Below the pieces are notes generated by a model. It did not search any database, had not been told where the DNA came from, and worked only from the letters and a program-made list of their open reading frames with translations. Of a stretch of DNA of 64,000 bases, positions 45,201-55,182 are shown piece after piece (position 1 is the stretch's first letter; each line of letters opens with the position of its first letter). This DNA is from Rhodothermales bacterium. Lineage in GTDB: Bacteria > Bacteroidota > Rhodothermia > Rhodothermales > BA12. The translations under genes were made by a program, and so were the position numbers. The stretch spans positions 45,131 through 109,130 of the forward strand of contig CAVUFJ010000017.1 of assembly GCA_963740755.1 (NCBI GenBank). Direction: 5' to 3'.

Positions 45201-45289
45201 CCGAGGCCCGCACCGCCTACCTCGACGTCGAAACCCGCTTTCCCGGCACCGAAGCGGCCCGCACCGCCGCCGCCGAGCGTGCCCTGTAA
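42253..45289 (+). CDS. Large secreted TPR protein; frameshifts near 42850, 43260 and 43370
   Basis: Signal peptide ..AQAQ; many TPRs (ERYPQDPLAAKAQYGIGDAHF) across three frames. Confidence 0.85.
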
Positions 45290-45305
45290 CCCCTGCCCTG
45301 CCGCC

Positions 45306-46943
45306 ATGCGCTACCCCGTCTTCGCCGCGCTCGTGCTCCTGGGCACCGGATCGCTCCACGCCCAGGCGCGCCGCGACACGCTCCCCCCGCTCACCCCGCG
45401 CGACCTCGAAATCCGCGGCGAACTGCGCGTCTCGCTGCCCTCCATCGAGCGGCAGCCGCTCACCGGCTTCGGCCTCACGCCCACGCTCAAGCGCGTGGAC
45501 GCCCGCCGGACGCCCGCCGTGCCCGCCTACGTGACGCCGGCCATCCCCGGCAGTCCGCTCGGGGCGCCGCAGCTGCCTGAGCTCGTCTCGCTCGACCCGG
45601 GCGCGCCGCGCAAGGGCACCTTCGAGGCCGGCGTGGGCCGCTCGTTTGCGCGCTTCGGGCACCTCTACTATACCCGCCCGCTCGCCCCGGGCACCGGCCT
45701 CTTCGCCGACGCCGCCTACGAAGGCCTGGGCAACTTCCGCCCCGAAGGCCGTCCCAACACCGACGCCGACGCGGCGCGCCTGGCCCTCGGCCTCCGCCAC
45801 GCGCGCGGCACCACCGCCCTCGGCGCGACCCTCGACGCCAACGTGCTCTCGCGCGGCCTCTACGGCGCGGGCTTCCTCGCGCGGCGCAGCGGCGCCAGCG
45901 GCGGCCTGCTCCTCGACGCCGACGGGCGGATCGGCGCGGCGGCGGACGGGGTTTCCCTCGGCGGATCGCTGCGGGCCTCGGGCGGGCGCTTCGACCCGGG
46001 CGCGTCCCTGAGCCGCGAATTCCAGCTCGACGCCGCCCTTCACGCCGACGCCGCGCGGACGCCGGTCGGCCTCTGGATCGCAGCCGCCACGCGCGTGGGC
46101 CGCCTCGACGGGGCTACCTCAAAGGATCAGTTCACCCTCAACGCCGGCGCGGGCGTCAGCCTCCAGCAGAGCGGCGCCCGGCTCCGCGTCGGCCCGCAAC
46201 TGCTCGTCGCCGACGAAGCCGCGCGCCGTACCGCGTTCACCCTCGCCCTCGACGGCCGTCTGCCCATCGGGCCGGGCGCCGAGGCATTCCTCGTCAACAC
46301 CCCGCGCGTAGAGGGGGGGCGCTTCGCCGACGTGTTCGCCGAAAGCCCCTTCGCGGCCGTGCAGCCCGACGTGCGCAGCGAGGTGGTGCCGGTGGATGCC
46401 CGCGCGGGCGCCCAGCTCACGCGCGGGACCGTGGAGGGCACCGTGTGGGCGGGCTACCGCAAGCGCACCCAGGGGCGCGTCTACGAGCAACCCACGGGCG
46501 CCGGACTCGTGCGGGTGGGCTACGCAGCGCTCGGCGAACTCGCCGGCGGCCTTACCGTCCGGGGAATGCAACTCGGCGGGCTCCACGCGCTCGCGAGCGT
46601 CGAGGTGCGCGATCCGGTCTTCACCGAGGCGCGGCTCGACACGCTCACGGTGCCCTACCGCGCCCCCGTAGAAGGCAGCCTGGGCGTCGGCTACCGGCTG
46701 CCGGGCGGACGCGGGCTCGTGCAGGCGACGCTGCGCGGCGAGGGCGTCCGCTACGCCGACCGCGCCGCCACTGTGCGCGTGGCGCCCTCGGCGGACCTCG
46801 ACCTGTTCGCCTCGTACGGCCTCACGCCCTACGTCCACCTCATCGGCCGGCTCGACAACGTGCTCCTCGGCGGGCGCGAACGCTGGGCGGGCTTTCCGGA
46901 GGCCGAACTGCTCGGGCAGGTCGGCCTGAGCGTGCGCTGGTGA
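45306..46943 (+). CDS. Outer-membrane beta-barrel (TonB-dependent-receptor/porin-like) partner of the TPR protein
   Basis: Signal peptide ..LHAQ; amphipathic strands; RLDNVL; C-terminal GLSVRW. Confidence 0.75.
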   Translation: MRYPVFAALVLLGTGSLHAQARRDTLPPLTPRDLEIRGELRVSLPSIERQPLTGFGLTPTLKRVDARRTPAVPAYVTPAIPGSPLGAPQLPELVSLDPGAPRKGTFEAGVGRSFARFGHLYYTRPLAPGTGLFADAAYEGLGNFRPEGRPNTDADAARLALGLRHARGTTALGATLDANVLSRGLYGAGFLARRSGASGGLLLDADGRIGAAADGVSLGGSLRASGGRFDPGASLSREFQLDAALHADAARTPVGLWIAAATRVGRLDGATSKDQFTLNAGAGVSLQQSGARLRVGPQLLVADEAARRTAFTLALDGRLPIGPGAEAFLVNTPRVEGGRFADVFAESPFAAVQPDVRSEVVPVDARAGAQLTRGTVEGTVWAGYRKRTQGRVYEQPTGAGLVRVGYAALGELAGGLTVRGMQLGGLHALASVEVRDPVFTEARLDTLTVPYRAPVEGSLGVGYRLPGGRGLVQATLRGEGVRYADRAATVRVAPSADLDLFASYGLTPYVHLIGRLDNVLLGGRERWAGFPEAELLGQVGLSVRW

Positions 46944-47019
46944 GCCCGCAGGGCGGCGCGCGGCATTTCCGCCTATCTTCGCGCATAAGACCACCCGCGC
47001 TGGGGTGATCGCCCTGCCC

Positions 47020-47238
47020 ATGCTCTCGCCCCTCCCGTCTCCGCCGCAGGTTGCCCGTGCCCTCGCCGATGTGCTGGGCGAGCATCTCGCGCTCGGGCGT
47101 GCGGTGGACGTGCCCGGCCTGGGACGGTTTGCGCGGCGCCACGAACCCGGGCGCCTGCTCACCCACCCCGACGGCGCCGTGATGCAGCCCCCCGCCGACG
47201 TGGTGGCGTTCACGCCGCTGCCCTCCCCCCTTCGCTAG
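47020..47238 (+). CDS. HU/IHF-like small protein
   Basis: VDVPGLGRFARRHEPG...PPADVVAFTP. Confidence 0.7.
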   Translation: MLSPLPSPPQVARALADVLGEHLALGRAVDVPGLGRFARRHEPGRLLTHPDGAVMQPPADVVAFTPLPSPLR

Positions 47239-47245
47239 CGCGCCG

Positions 47246-48478
47246 ATGGACCCGCTCCTCGACGCCCTCGCCGCCGCGCTTGGCTGCCCGACCGAGCGGG
47301 CGGAGATGGCCCTGGCCACGCTCGCCGCCGACCTGCACGCGCGCTGCCGCACCTACGGCGAAGCGACCTACGAAGGCCTCGGCACCTTCCGCAGCGGCCC
47401 CGACGGCCTCACGTTCGAGCCCCACGCGGCGCTCGCCATCGTCGTCAACCACCGCTTTGCCGGCCAGAACGCCCTCCCTACCGGCGATGTCCCTGCCCCG
47501 GTCTGGGACCCCGCGCCCCCGCCGCCCGCCGCCACGCCTCTGCCGGCCGAGACCATCTTCTTCCCCTGGCAGGACGCGGAGCCGGAGGCTCCGTCCCCCC
47601 TCGACGCACCCGATGCTGCCCTGGGCGATCCTGTGCCCACCGTTCCCGCCGAAGCGGACCCCACGCGTTTCCACCCGCCGGTCCTGGATACGGTGCGCCC
47701 GGCCACGCCACGCCCGGCCCCGTCCACATGGCCCCTCGCCGCAGTCGACGAAGCCGAGCGGCCGGCGCGGGCATCCGAACGGGCGTCGCGCGGGTGGATG
47801 CTGCCGGTGCTGCTGCTCGTGCTCGCCGGGGTGATCAGCGCGGCGGCGTACCTGTGGTGGCGCCGCAGTGCAACCTCCACGCCGCCCCCGGCCCCGGTGG
47901 CCGCGCTGCCGCCGGCCGCGACGCCGGCCGTCGATTCCGCCCGCGCCGACTCGACTGCGCCCCCGGCCATTTCCCCGCCCCCGGCCCCGGCTGAAGTCCC
48001 GCCCGCCGTGCCGCCCTCCACGGACCGCGCAGCCACGCCGTCCCAGCTACGCGCCGCCGCGCCAGCGCCCCGGCCGGCCGCTCCGGCAGTCGCCCCGCGT
48101 ACGCCCGCACCCACACGCGGCGCCCCCCCACCGCCCCCATCACCCGCTCGCGTGGCGGCAGCGCCCGTGCGCAGCGCCCCTGCCGTCACAGACGACGCAG
48201 CGGCCCTGCGGGGGCAAGAACCCGTCGAGCCGGGCCGGGGTGGCTGGACTGTGGTCATGGGCGGCGCCGCCAACGAAGACGACGCCGAAGCCCTCGCCCG
48301 CCCGCTGCGCCTGCGCGGCTACCGCACCGGCGTGCTCGCCGGCCTCCGCGCCGACAGCACCCCCATCTACCGCATCGGCCTGGGCCATTTTGCCACGCGG
48401 GACGCTGCGCTCGCCGCCCTCGCACGCCACCGGGGCGACCTTTTTCCCGCCGACGCCTGGGTGTTGCGCCTGCGCTGA
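47246..48478 (+). CDS. HU-like N-terminal domain, TM helix, Pro-rich linker, SPOR domain
   Basis: YEGLGTF..LTFEP; one TM; GWTVVMG..YRIGLGHFATRDAA..DAWVLRL. Confidence 0.8.
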   Translation: MDPLLDALAAALGCPTERAEMALATLAADLHARCRTYGEATYEGLGTFRSGPDGLTFEPHAALAIVVNHRFAGQNALPTGDVPAPVWDPAPPPPAATPLPAETIFFPWQDAEPEAPSPLDAPDAALGDPVPTVPAEADPTRFHPPVLDTVRPATPRPAPSTWPLAAVDEAERPARASERASRGWMLPVLLLVLAGVISAAAYLWWRRSATSTPPPAPVAALPPAATPAVDSARADSTAPPAISPPPAPAEVPPAVPPSTDRAATPSQLRAAAPAPRPAAPAVAPRTPAPTRGAPPPPPSPARVAAAPVRSAPAVTDDAAALRGQEPVEPGRGGWTVVMGGAANEDDAEALARPLRLRGYRTGVLAGLRADSTPIYRIGLGHFATRDAALAALARHRGDLFPADAWVLRLR

Positions 48479-48491
48479 GCGGCCCCACCTC

Positions 48492-48643
48492 ATACCAAAT
48501 CCGGTTGAAAAGGATGTCCTTGCGAGGAACGAGCGGAGCGAGTGACAGGGCAATCTCGTCGTGGGTGCTCGATCCGACCGGATTGCCACCTCGCCTTCAG
48601 CTCCTCGCAATGACAACCTACACGTTGCCCCCGGATTTGGTAT
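48492..48643. mobile_element. MITE-like element (ATACCAAATCCGG shell) with a GTCNTTGCGAG hairpin cargo
   Basis: Perfect 13-bp TIR ATACCAAATCCGG/CCGGATTTGGTAT; inner palindrome 48516-48614; right end overlaps the comM stop. Confidence 0.8.
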
Positions 48644-50196
48644 CACCCCATGCTGCGGTCGAGCGAGCGGTACTGGATGGCTTCTGAAAGGTGCTCCGGG
48701 CGCACGTCGTCGCTGCCGGCCAGGTCCGCAATCGTCCGCGCCACCTTCAGCACCCGGTCGTGCGCCCGCGCCGAGAGGCCCAGCCGCTCCACCGCCAGGC
48801 GCAGCAAGCGCTGACCCGCCTCGTCGAGCGCGCAGTGGACCCGCACCAGGCGCGGCGGCATGAGCGCGTTGCACGTCACCCCCGCGAGGCCGGCGAAGCG
48901 CGCGGCCTGCCGCTGCCGTGCTGCCACGACGCGGGCGCGCACGGTGCGGCTGGGCTCGGCGGGGGCGCGCTGCGCGAGGTCGTCGAAGCCGACGGGCGCC
49001 ACATCCACATGCAGGTCGATGCGGTCGAGGAGGGGGCCGGAGATGCGGGCGAGGTAGCGCTGCACAAGCGCGGGGTGGCAGGTGCAGCGCCGCCGGACGT
49101 CGCCCAGGTGGCCGCATGGGCAGGGGTTCATGGCCGCCACCAGCATGAAGCGGGCCGGGAACTCGACCGACTGCCGTGCCCGTGCAATCGTGACATAGCC
49201 TTCTTCAAGCGGCTGCCGGAGCACCTCCAGCACGGGCCGTTTGAACTCGGGCAACTCGTCGAGAAAGAGCACGCCGTGGTGGGCGAGTGAGATCTCGCCC
49301 GGCTGCGGGCTCGCCCCGCCGCCGACGAGGCCGGCGTCTGAGATCGTGTGATGCGGCGACCGCACCGGCCGCACCGCCACGAGGCCGCGTCCGCCGAGCT
49401 TGCCGCCCACCGAGTGGATCGCCGTCGTTTCGAGGGCTTCGTCGAGCGTGAGCGGGGGCAGGATCGTGGGCAGGCGCCGGGCCAGCATCGTCTTGCCCGA
49501 GCCGGGTGGGCCGACCATGAGCACGTTGTGCCCGCCCGCCGCCGCCACTTCGAGCGCCCGCTTGACGCCCTCCTGTCCCCGGACGTCGGCAAAGTCGAGG
49601 TCGGTCGCGGCAGCCTCCTCGAACAACGCGCGCGGATCACCGATCACGGGCCGGGGCGCGTCTCGCTCGCCAGAGAGAATCGCGTGCGCTTCCGCGAGCG
49701 AGGCCACGCCGTAGACGGTGAGCCCCTCCACGACGGCAGCCTCGGCGGCATTGGCACGCGGCACGATGACCGTCGTGCGTCCGTCGCGCTGGGCGCGCAG
49801 TGCGGCCGGCAGCACGCCCCGCACCGGGCGCACGGCGCCGTCGAGGGCGAGTTCGCCGAGGATCACGCTGGTGTCGAAGCCGGCGCGGGGCAGGCGGTCG
49901 GAGAGGGCGGCGACGAGGCCGAGGGCGATGGGCAGGTCGAAGGCGGCGCCTTCCTTGCGCACGTCAGCGGGGGCGAGGTTGACGGTCGTGGCGCCGCGCG
50001 GCACGGGCAGCCCGGTGGTCTTGAGCGCCGCCCACACGCGGTCGCGGCTCTCGCGCACGGCCCCGTCGGGCAAGCCCACGACGGTGTAGCGCGGCAGGCC
50101 CGCCTCCAGGTGGGTTTCGATCTCGACGGGGAGCGCGTCGACGCCGATGGCGGTGCTGCTCCAGACGTGGCTTAACAGGGACGGGCGTGGCGACAC
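48643..50196 (-). CDS. comM: YifB/ComM family Mg-chelatase-like AAA+ ATPase
   Basis: VGLPDGAVRESRDRV, NLAPAD, GPPGSGKT, PGEISLAHHGVLFLDELPEF, NPCPCG, SGPLLDRID. Confidence 0.93.
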   Translation of the reverse strand: MSPRPSLLSHVWSSTAIGVDALPVEIETHLEAGLPRYTVVGLPDGAVRESRDRVWAALKTTGLPVPRGATTVNLAPADVRKEGAAFDLPIALGLVAALSDRLPRAGFDTSVILGELALDGAVRPVRGVLPAALRAQRDGRTTVIVPRANAAEAAVVEGLTVYGVASLAEAHAILSGERDAPRPVIGDPRALFEEAAATDLDFADVRGQEGVKRALEVAAAGGHNVLMVGPPGSGKTMLARRLPTILPPLTLDEALETTAIHSVGGKLGGRGLVAVRPVRSPHHTISDAGLVGGGASPQPGEISLAHHGVLFLDELPEFKRPVLEVLRQPLEEGYVTIARARQSVEFPARFMLVAAMNPCPCGHLGDVRRRCTCHPALVQRYLARISGPLLDRIDLHVDVAPVGFDDLAQRAPAEPSRTVRARVVAARQRQAARFAGLAGVTCNALMPPRLVRVHCALDEAGQRLLRLAVERLGLSARAHDRVLKVARTIADLAGSDDVRPEHLSEAIQYRSLDRSMG

Positions 50197-50345
50197 GGGC
50201 AGCAGGGTTTGACCCTCAGACGCATCGTGGGGCCGCGCATACCCTCGCGCCGCATTTTTAGGCCGGCGAGGGGCGCGCCCGACCTGAAACCGGGGTTTTC
50301 GGACCTGCGTTCGGGCGGGGTCTTGTCGCCGCTGCTCGCACCGGG

Positions 50346-50627
50346 ATGTCCGAGAACACGTCAGACAGCAATGCCTCCGGGCGCCGGATCGGCCCGTCCG
50401 TCTCGCGCGACAAATGGCTGGCTCACGCGCGGCAGAAGCTGGCGCGGGGGTACGTGCTCATCGTGGCCGCCGGGGGCAAGCGGCGGGCCAACTTCTACCT
50501 GCCCGAGAAAGGCTACGAGATGTGCGCCTACGACGTCGCCCGCGCGCTCGTGGTCAGCGGCGAGGTGGTGGCCGCTGGGGAGCATCCCCTCGGCATCTGC
50601 TACCGGCTCGCTCCTCCGGCGGCGTGA
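50346..50627 (+). CDS. Hypothetical protein
   Basis: 93-aa ORF with GC-rich third positions, ending convergent with the next gene. Confidence 0.65.
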   Translation: MSENTSDSNASGRRIGPSVSRDKWLAHARQKLARGYVLIVAAGGKRRANFYLPEKGYEMCAYDVARALVVSGEVVAAGEHPLGICYRLAPPAA

Positions 50628-50631
50628 GCCG

Positions 50632-51027
50632 TTAGCGGTCGCCGCGCAGCGGCATCGTAGTGGCCGCCGAGTCGGCGCCGGTGGCCATCGCGTCCATCAC
50701 GCTGTCGATGGGCATCGTGTAGCCCTGCACGGCGCCGGCGGTATCGCGGACGGCGTTGTAGCGCCCGAGGGCGACGGCGTGGAGGCTGTCCTGCGCGCGG
50801 AGGGTGGCGCGGACGCTGTCGGCCTGGGCCTGCTTCGCTTCCGAGTCCTTGAAGCCGGTGAAGGCAAAGAAGACGGCCAGGAAGAACGCAATCGTGAGCG
50901 CCGAGATCACGAAGACGGCCACGAACGTCGAGTGCTGCTGCACGGGCGCGTGCTGGGCATGGCTCGCGGCAGCGGACGCCTCAGGCGTACGGGCTTCGGG
51001 CGTGGAGTGGGGCGTCGCGTCGGGCAT
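50632..51027 (-). CDS. Hypothetical single-TM protein
   Basis: TM helix, then LGRY...YTMPIDSVMDAM. Confidence 0.65.
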   Translation of the reverse strand: MPDATPHSTPEARTPEASAAASHAQHAPVQQHSTFVAVFVISALTIAFFLAVFFAFTGFKDSEAKQAQADSVRATLRAQDSLHAVALGRYNAVRDTAGAVQGYTMPIDSVMDAMATGADSAATTMPLRGDR

Positions 51028-51074
51028 CGGAGGGCATCAGAACGTATGCGGGCAAGATAGCGCACCGGCGCCGG

Positions 51075-53030
51075 TCAGGCCGCGCCGTCGCCGCCGGCCT
51101 CCTCGGCGCGGGCCTCGCGTTCGAGAATCTGCCCGGCGATCTCGATGAACGTCCGCTCGGTGATGAGGCCGGCCAGGTAGCCGTCGCGCACGACGGGGAG
51201 CGCGCCCACGCCATGCTTGCGCATAAGCTGGATGGCCTCCTGCGTGGGCGTCTCGGGCGTCACCGTGATCACGTCGCGCACCATGATCTCGCTCACCGGC
51301 ACGCGCCGCGCCTCCAGGCCGAGGGGCGAGTTGACGAGGTAGCGCAGCAGGCTCCGGTGGCTCACGAGGCCCACCAGGCGGTGCTGCTCGTCCTCCACGA
51401 GCACGTGGCGGATGCGCTGCCAGTCCATCAGGCACGCCACGAGGTCCACCAGTTCGTCCTCGTGCACGGTATAGAGGTCGGTGGCCATAAAGTGCTCCAC
51501 GCGCGTCTTCTCCAGGCGGCGGGACCGGCGCGCCTGTGCCACGCGCGCGAGCGGCCACGTGTGCACGGGCTCGTTCGTCTGCTGCTGCTCGATCATCGCG
51601 CCCACGAGGGCAGCCAGGCGCTCGGCGCGCGTCGAGGACGGGCTGTCGTCGCGCATCTGGCGGAGCGAGGAGATCTGCCACTCGGCGCCGTTCTGTCCGC
51701 TCGCCACGCGCGCGTCGAGGAGGCCGAGGTAGCGGTCGCGGTCTTCGGCCACGATGCCCGCCGCTTCGAGCCCCCGGTGCGCAAGCGGGATCAGGTGCTC
51801 GCGGATAAGCTGGGGCGCGGCCATGCGCAAGCCGTCGAGCCAGGTGAAGGTGGCGCCGAGGCCCTGCCGGGCGGCGGAGACGAAGTTGGTGCGCGCGTCG
51901 TCGAAGCGGATGCGGGTCGTCACGTCGCCCACTTCCAGCATGAGCCCGGCCACGAGGCCGTACCAGAAGGCCGCGTTGGCGATCTCGTCGGCAGCGGTGG
52001 GGCCGGCGGGCAGGATGCGGTTCTCGATGCGCAGGTGCGGCTTGTCGCCGGAGACGCCGTAGATGGCGCGGTTCCAGCGGTACACCGTGCCGTTGTGCAG
52101 CATGAGCGCCCGCAACTTCGGCAGCTCGCCCCGCCCGAGCACCACGAACGGGTCCTCCTCGTCGGTGTCGGGGGCGAGGATGCCCCGGAAGCGCGACACG
52201 TCTTCCTTGTAGAGCTCCGTCACCGAGTCCTTGACCCAGCGGGTGCCGAAGTGGACGCGCGGGCTCATCTCGCGCAGGTACAGGTTGGACGAGCGCGTGT
52301 CTACGGCCTGCTGGAAGAGCGCGATGCGCGTCTCGCGCCACAGGTCCTTGCCGAAGAGCAGCGGCGAATTGCAGCCGACCGCGAGCACCGGCCCGGCCAC
52401 GAGCTGCGCCACGTTGTAGTAGGCGGCAAAATGCTCGGGGTCCACCTGGAAGTGCGTCTGGAAGGACGTGTTGCAGCCCTCCATCATCATCCCGTCGTGG
52501 CGGACGAACAGCTCGTCGGTGCCGCGGATCTGGATCTGGCCCGGCCCGCCGCGCAGGCGCTGGATCGCCTCGTCGAGCGCGTAGTAGCGCGGGAGGGGCG
52601 TCAGGTTGTCGGTCGAGAGGTCGGAGAGGTGGATCGTGGGGAGGATGCCGCACATGACCACGTCGGCGCCCTCGGCGCGCACGGTCTGGCGCACGCTCGC
52701 GAGCGTGTCCACGATCTGGCGCTCCATGGACGAGAGCGCGGCGCCCCCGAACTCGGCCGGGTCGATGTTGAACTCCAGGTTGAACTTCGTCAGCTCCGTC
52801 ACCACGCGCGGGTCGGTGTTGCGCGCCATGACGGCCTCCACGACCGGGGCCGGGTTGAAGTGGTCGTCGACGAGAAACAGCTCCTGCTCGGCCCCGATGC
52901 GCCGCGCGCCGGACTCGAAGGCGCCTTCCTGGAGCAGGTATTCGAGGGCGCGGACGTCCTGAAGCAGCTGGCGCGTGAAGCGGCGGAGGGCATCGGGGTC
53001 CTGCGCGCCGGTGACGTTGTGGTCGCCCAT
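51075..53030 (-). CDS. Glutamate--cysteine ligase (GCS2)-like protein fused to a CBS pair
   Basis: IGAEQELFLVD, TELTKFNLEFN, CNTSFQTHFQV, NSPLLFG, LHNGTVYRWNR, RIENRILPAGP; C-terminal CBS pair. Confidence 0.88.
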   Translation of the reverse strand: MGDHNVTGAQDPDALRRFTRQLLQDVRALEYLLQEGAFESGARRIGAEQELFLVDDHFNPAPVVEAVMARNTDPRVVTELTKFNLEFNIDPAEFGGAALSSMERQIVDTLASVRQTVRAEGADVVMCGILPTIHLSDLSTDNLTPLPRYYALDEAIQRLRGGPGQIQIRGTDELFVRHDGMMMEGCNTSFQTHFQVDPEHFAAYYNVAQLVAGPVLAVGCNSPLLFGKDLWRETRIALFQQAVDTRSSNLYLREMSPRVHFGTRWVKDSVTELYKEDVSRFRGILAPDTDEEDPFVVLGRGELPKLRALMLHNGTVYRWNRAIYGVSGDKPHLRIENRILPAGPTAADEIANAAFWYGLVAGLMLEVGDVTTRIRFDDARTNFVSAARQGLGATFTWLDGLRMAAPQLIREHLIPLAHRGLEAAGIVAEDRDRYLGLLDARVASGQNGAEWQISSLRQMRDDSPSSTRAERLAALVGAMIEQQQTNEPVHTWPLARVAQARRSRRLEKTRVEHFMATDLYTVHEDELVDLVACLMDWQRIRHVLVEDEQHRLVGLVSHRSLLRYLVNSPLGLEARRVPVSEIMVRDVITVTPETPTQEAIQLMRKHGVGALPVVRDGYLAGLITERTFIEIAGQILEREARAEEAGGDGAA

Positions 53031-53076
53031 ACGGAATCGTGGGGAAAAGCAGCCGGGCCGAGGGCCGGCGGGGGGT

Positions 53077-53517
53077 TCAGGCGGGGCGGCCGCCGGTGCG
53101 TTCCGGCGCGGTGATGACCTCTTCGGCGCACCCGAGCAGCAGCCGCTCGGTAACGAGGCCGACGAGGTGCCCGTCGGCGTCGAGCACGGGCAGGCTGCCC
53201 ACGTGGTGCGTCCACATCTGGCGGAGCGCCTCGATCACGCCCTGCTCCGGCGTGACCGTGACGAGGTCGGTCACGAGCAGATCGGCGATGGGCACGTCGG
53301 GGGTGAGGTTGTCGGCGAGGCGGCGGGCGACAAGGTGGCGCAGCAGGCGGGCGCGGTTGACGAGGCCGACGAGGCGCCCCTCGGCATCGGCCACGAACAC
53401 GTGGCGCTGGTTCATGGCATGGATCTGCCCGGCCACCTCGGATGCGGGCCGGTCGCCGGGCACCAGGAGGGGCGCGGGGCGCATCACGTCGGCCACGGAG
53501 GGCAGCGAAGGGGGCAT
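53077..53517 (-). CDS. Stand-alone CBS-pair protein
   Basis: VADVM, GRLVGLV, VGSLPVLDADGHLVGLVTER. Confidence 0.85.
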   Translation of the reverse strand: MPPSLPSVADVMRPAPLLVPGDRPASEVAGQIHAMNQRHVFVADAEGRLVGLVNRARLLRHLVARRLADNLTPDVPIADLLVTDLVTVTPEQGVIEALRQMWTHHVGSLPVLDADGHLVGLVTERLLLGCAEEVITAPERTGGRPA

Positions 53518-53638
53518 CGGCAGGAGGGCTGGGCGCAAGATACACGGGCCCGAAGGAGCGTCAACGGGCCGCGCCGATCCGTTGCACCCGCGTCTCGCCA
53601 TCCCCGTGCGCGGAGCGGCGCAGCGCCGCGAGGGTACG

Positions 53639-53773
53639 ACCCCGGATCCGGTTGCATCAGGAGGGATCACGGAGGATGGATCATCGCCAGAGGGCGGCTC
53701 TCGGCGCCTCTGACCATGATCGATGATCCGTGATCCACCCGATGCCCCCGCACCAGGCGTCCGGCGTTGGCAC
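53639..53773. mobile_element. Degenerate MITE-like copy with GATC-heptamer cargo
   Basis: ATCCGGTTG ... GGATGGATCATCGCCAGA...TCTGACCATGATC ... CCGGCGTTGG; similar to 39288 and 63382. Confidence 0.6.
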
Positions 53774-53839
53774 GAGCGGGGCCGCATCCGATTGGGGGCG
53801 CGCCGTACGTTGGAGCGGTACGCCTTCCGCTGCCTGTCT

Positions 53840-54924
53840 GTGCGCTGCTTTGCCCTGCTGCTTGTTGCCTGCCTCGCCGGGGCCCCCGTGTGGGCCCAGG
53901 AAACGGTCCGCGACGCCTCGCCCGCCCGCGATGTCGCTGCTGCGGGCGCTCACGCGGTTGCAGGCGGGCGACGCGGCAGCGGCGGTGACGCTGCTCCAGG
54001 CCGCCCTCATCACCACGCCCGACGATGCGGCGCTCCTGACCGCCCTCGCCGAGGCGACCGCGCAGACAGGCGACCGCACCGGCGCCCGCCTCTACGCCGA
54101 GCGCGCCGTGGAAGTCGCCCCCGACGCCCCCGAACCCGCCCGCACCCTCGCCCGGCTGCTCATCGGCGCGGGCGACCACGTCGGCGCCCGGCGCGTGCTC
54201 GACGCCCTGCTCGCCCGCACACCCGCCGCCGCCGGCGCCCGCCTCGACGCCGCCCGCCTCGCCTTCGACGACGGCGATGCCGCCCGCACCCGCGCGCTGC
54301 TCGCCCCGCTCCTCGACGCCCCGGCGCCCGATGTGCTCGACCTCGCGCTGGCCGCCGCGCCCCCCGGCACGCCCGGCCGCGCCGCGCTCGTCGCCCACGC
54401 CCTCCGCTTCGCCCCAGACCGCACCGGCCTCAGCACCGCGCCTGCCCCGCCCCCCACCGCGCCCGCCATAGGTATTGCCCCGAGCGGCCCCGACGACGGG
54501 CGGGCCGCGTTCGCCGCCGGACGCTTCGCCGAGGCCCTGCGCCTCCTCACTGCGGCCCTCGACGCCGACGCCGCCGACCCGGTACGCTGGCGCTTTGCCA
54601 CCATGGCGGCCCTCGAAGCCGGCCAACCCGACGCCGCCGCGCGCCTGTCAGAAGAGGGTCGCCTCGATCTTTCCCGGCGATCCCGGCCTCGCCGTCGCCG
54701 CCGCCTACGCGGCCCTCGCCCGCCGCGACGCCGCCGGGGCTGCCCGGCTGGCGTCCGAAGCCGAGGCCGACCTTTCGGACGCCCCGGATGCGCCGGTGGC
54801 CGCCGCCGTAGCCCTGCTGCGCCGCACCCTCGCGGGCGCCCCCCCGGACGCGCCCGCCCTCGCCCAGAACGCCCTCGCCCCAGCACCGGGCGGCGCCCTG
54901 GCCGCCGTTCTGCGGGGGCGCTGA
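53840..54924 (+). CDS. Secreted TPR protein; frameshifted
   Basis: Signal peptide VRCFALLLVACLAGAPVWAQ; TPR-like helices across frames; precedes DUF4292 and envC. Confidence 0.6.
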
Positions 54925-55060
54925 TGCGGTGGGGGGCCGGGCCGCTGCTTTCGACCGTCGCGTAACGCTGTGCCGCCGCCCCGGCACCCGTGGCGTTGCG
55001 CGCGGTTGGCATGCCGGTCTTGGCCCTGTTCTCCCTGCTGTGACCTGCTGAAAAGACAGA

Positions 55061-55160
55061 GTTGGTCGTTTGTTCGTCGTTCGTTGTTCGCCGCCAGAGA
55101 GGCGGAGGCCTTCCGCCGGGTTCGTCTGACCAAGAACGACGAACCACGAACTACGAACTC
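55061..55160. repeat. Heptamer-tandem palindrome (GTTGTTC / GAACNAC dialect)
   Basis: gttcgtcgttcgttgttcg ... gaacgacgaaccacgaactacgaac. Confidence 0.8.
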
Positions 55161-55182
55161 CCTGCCCGAACCCTCCGTTCTC

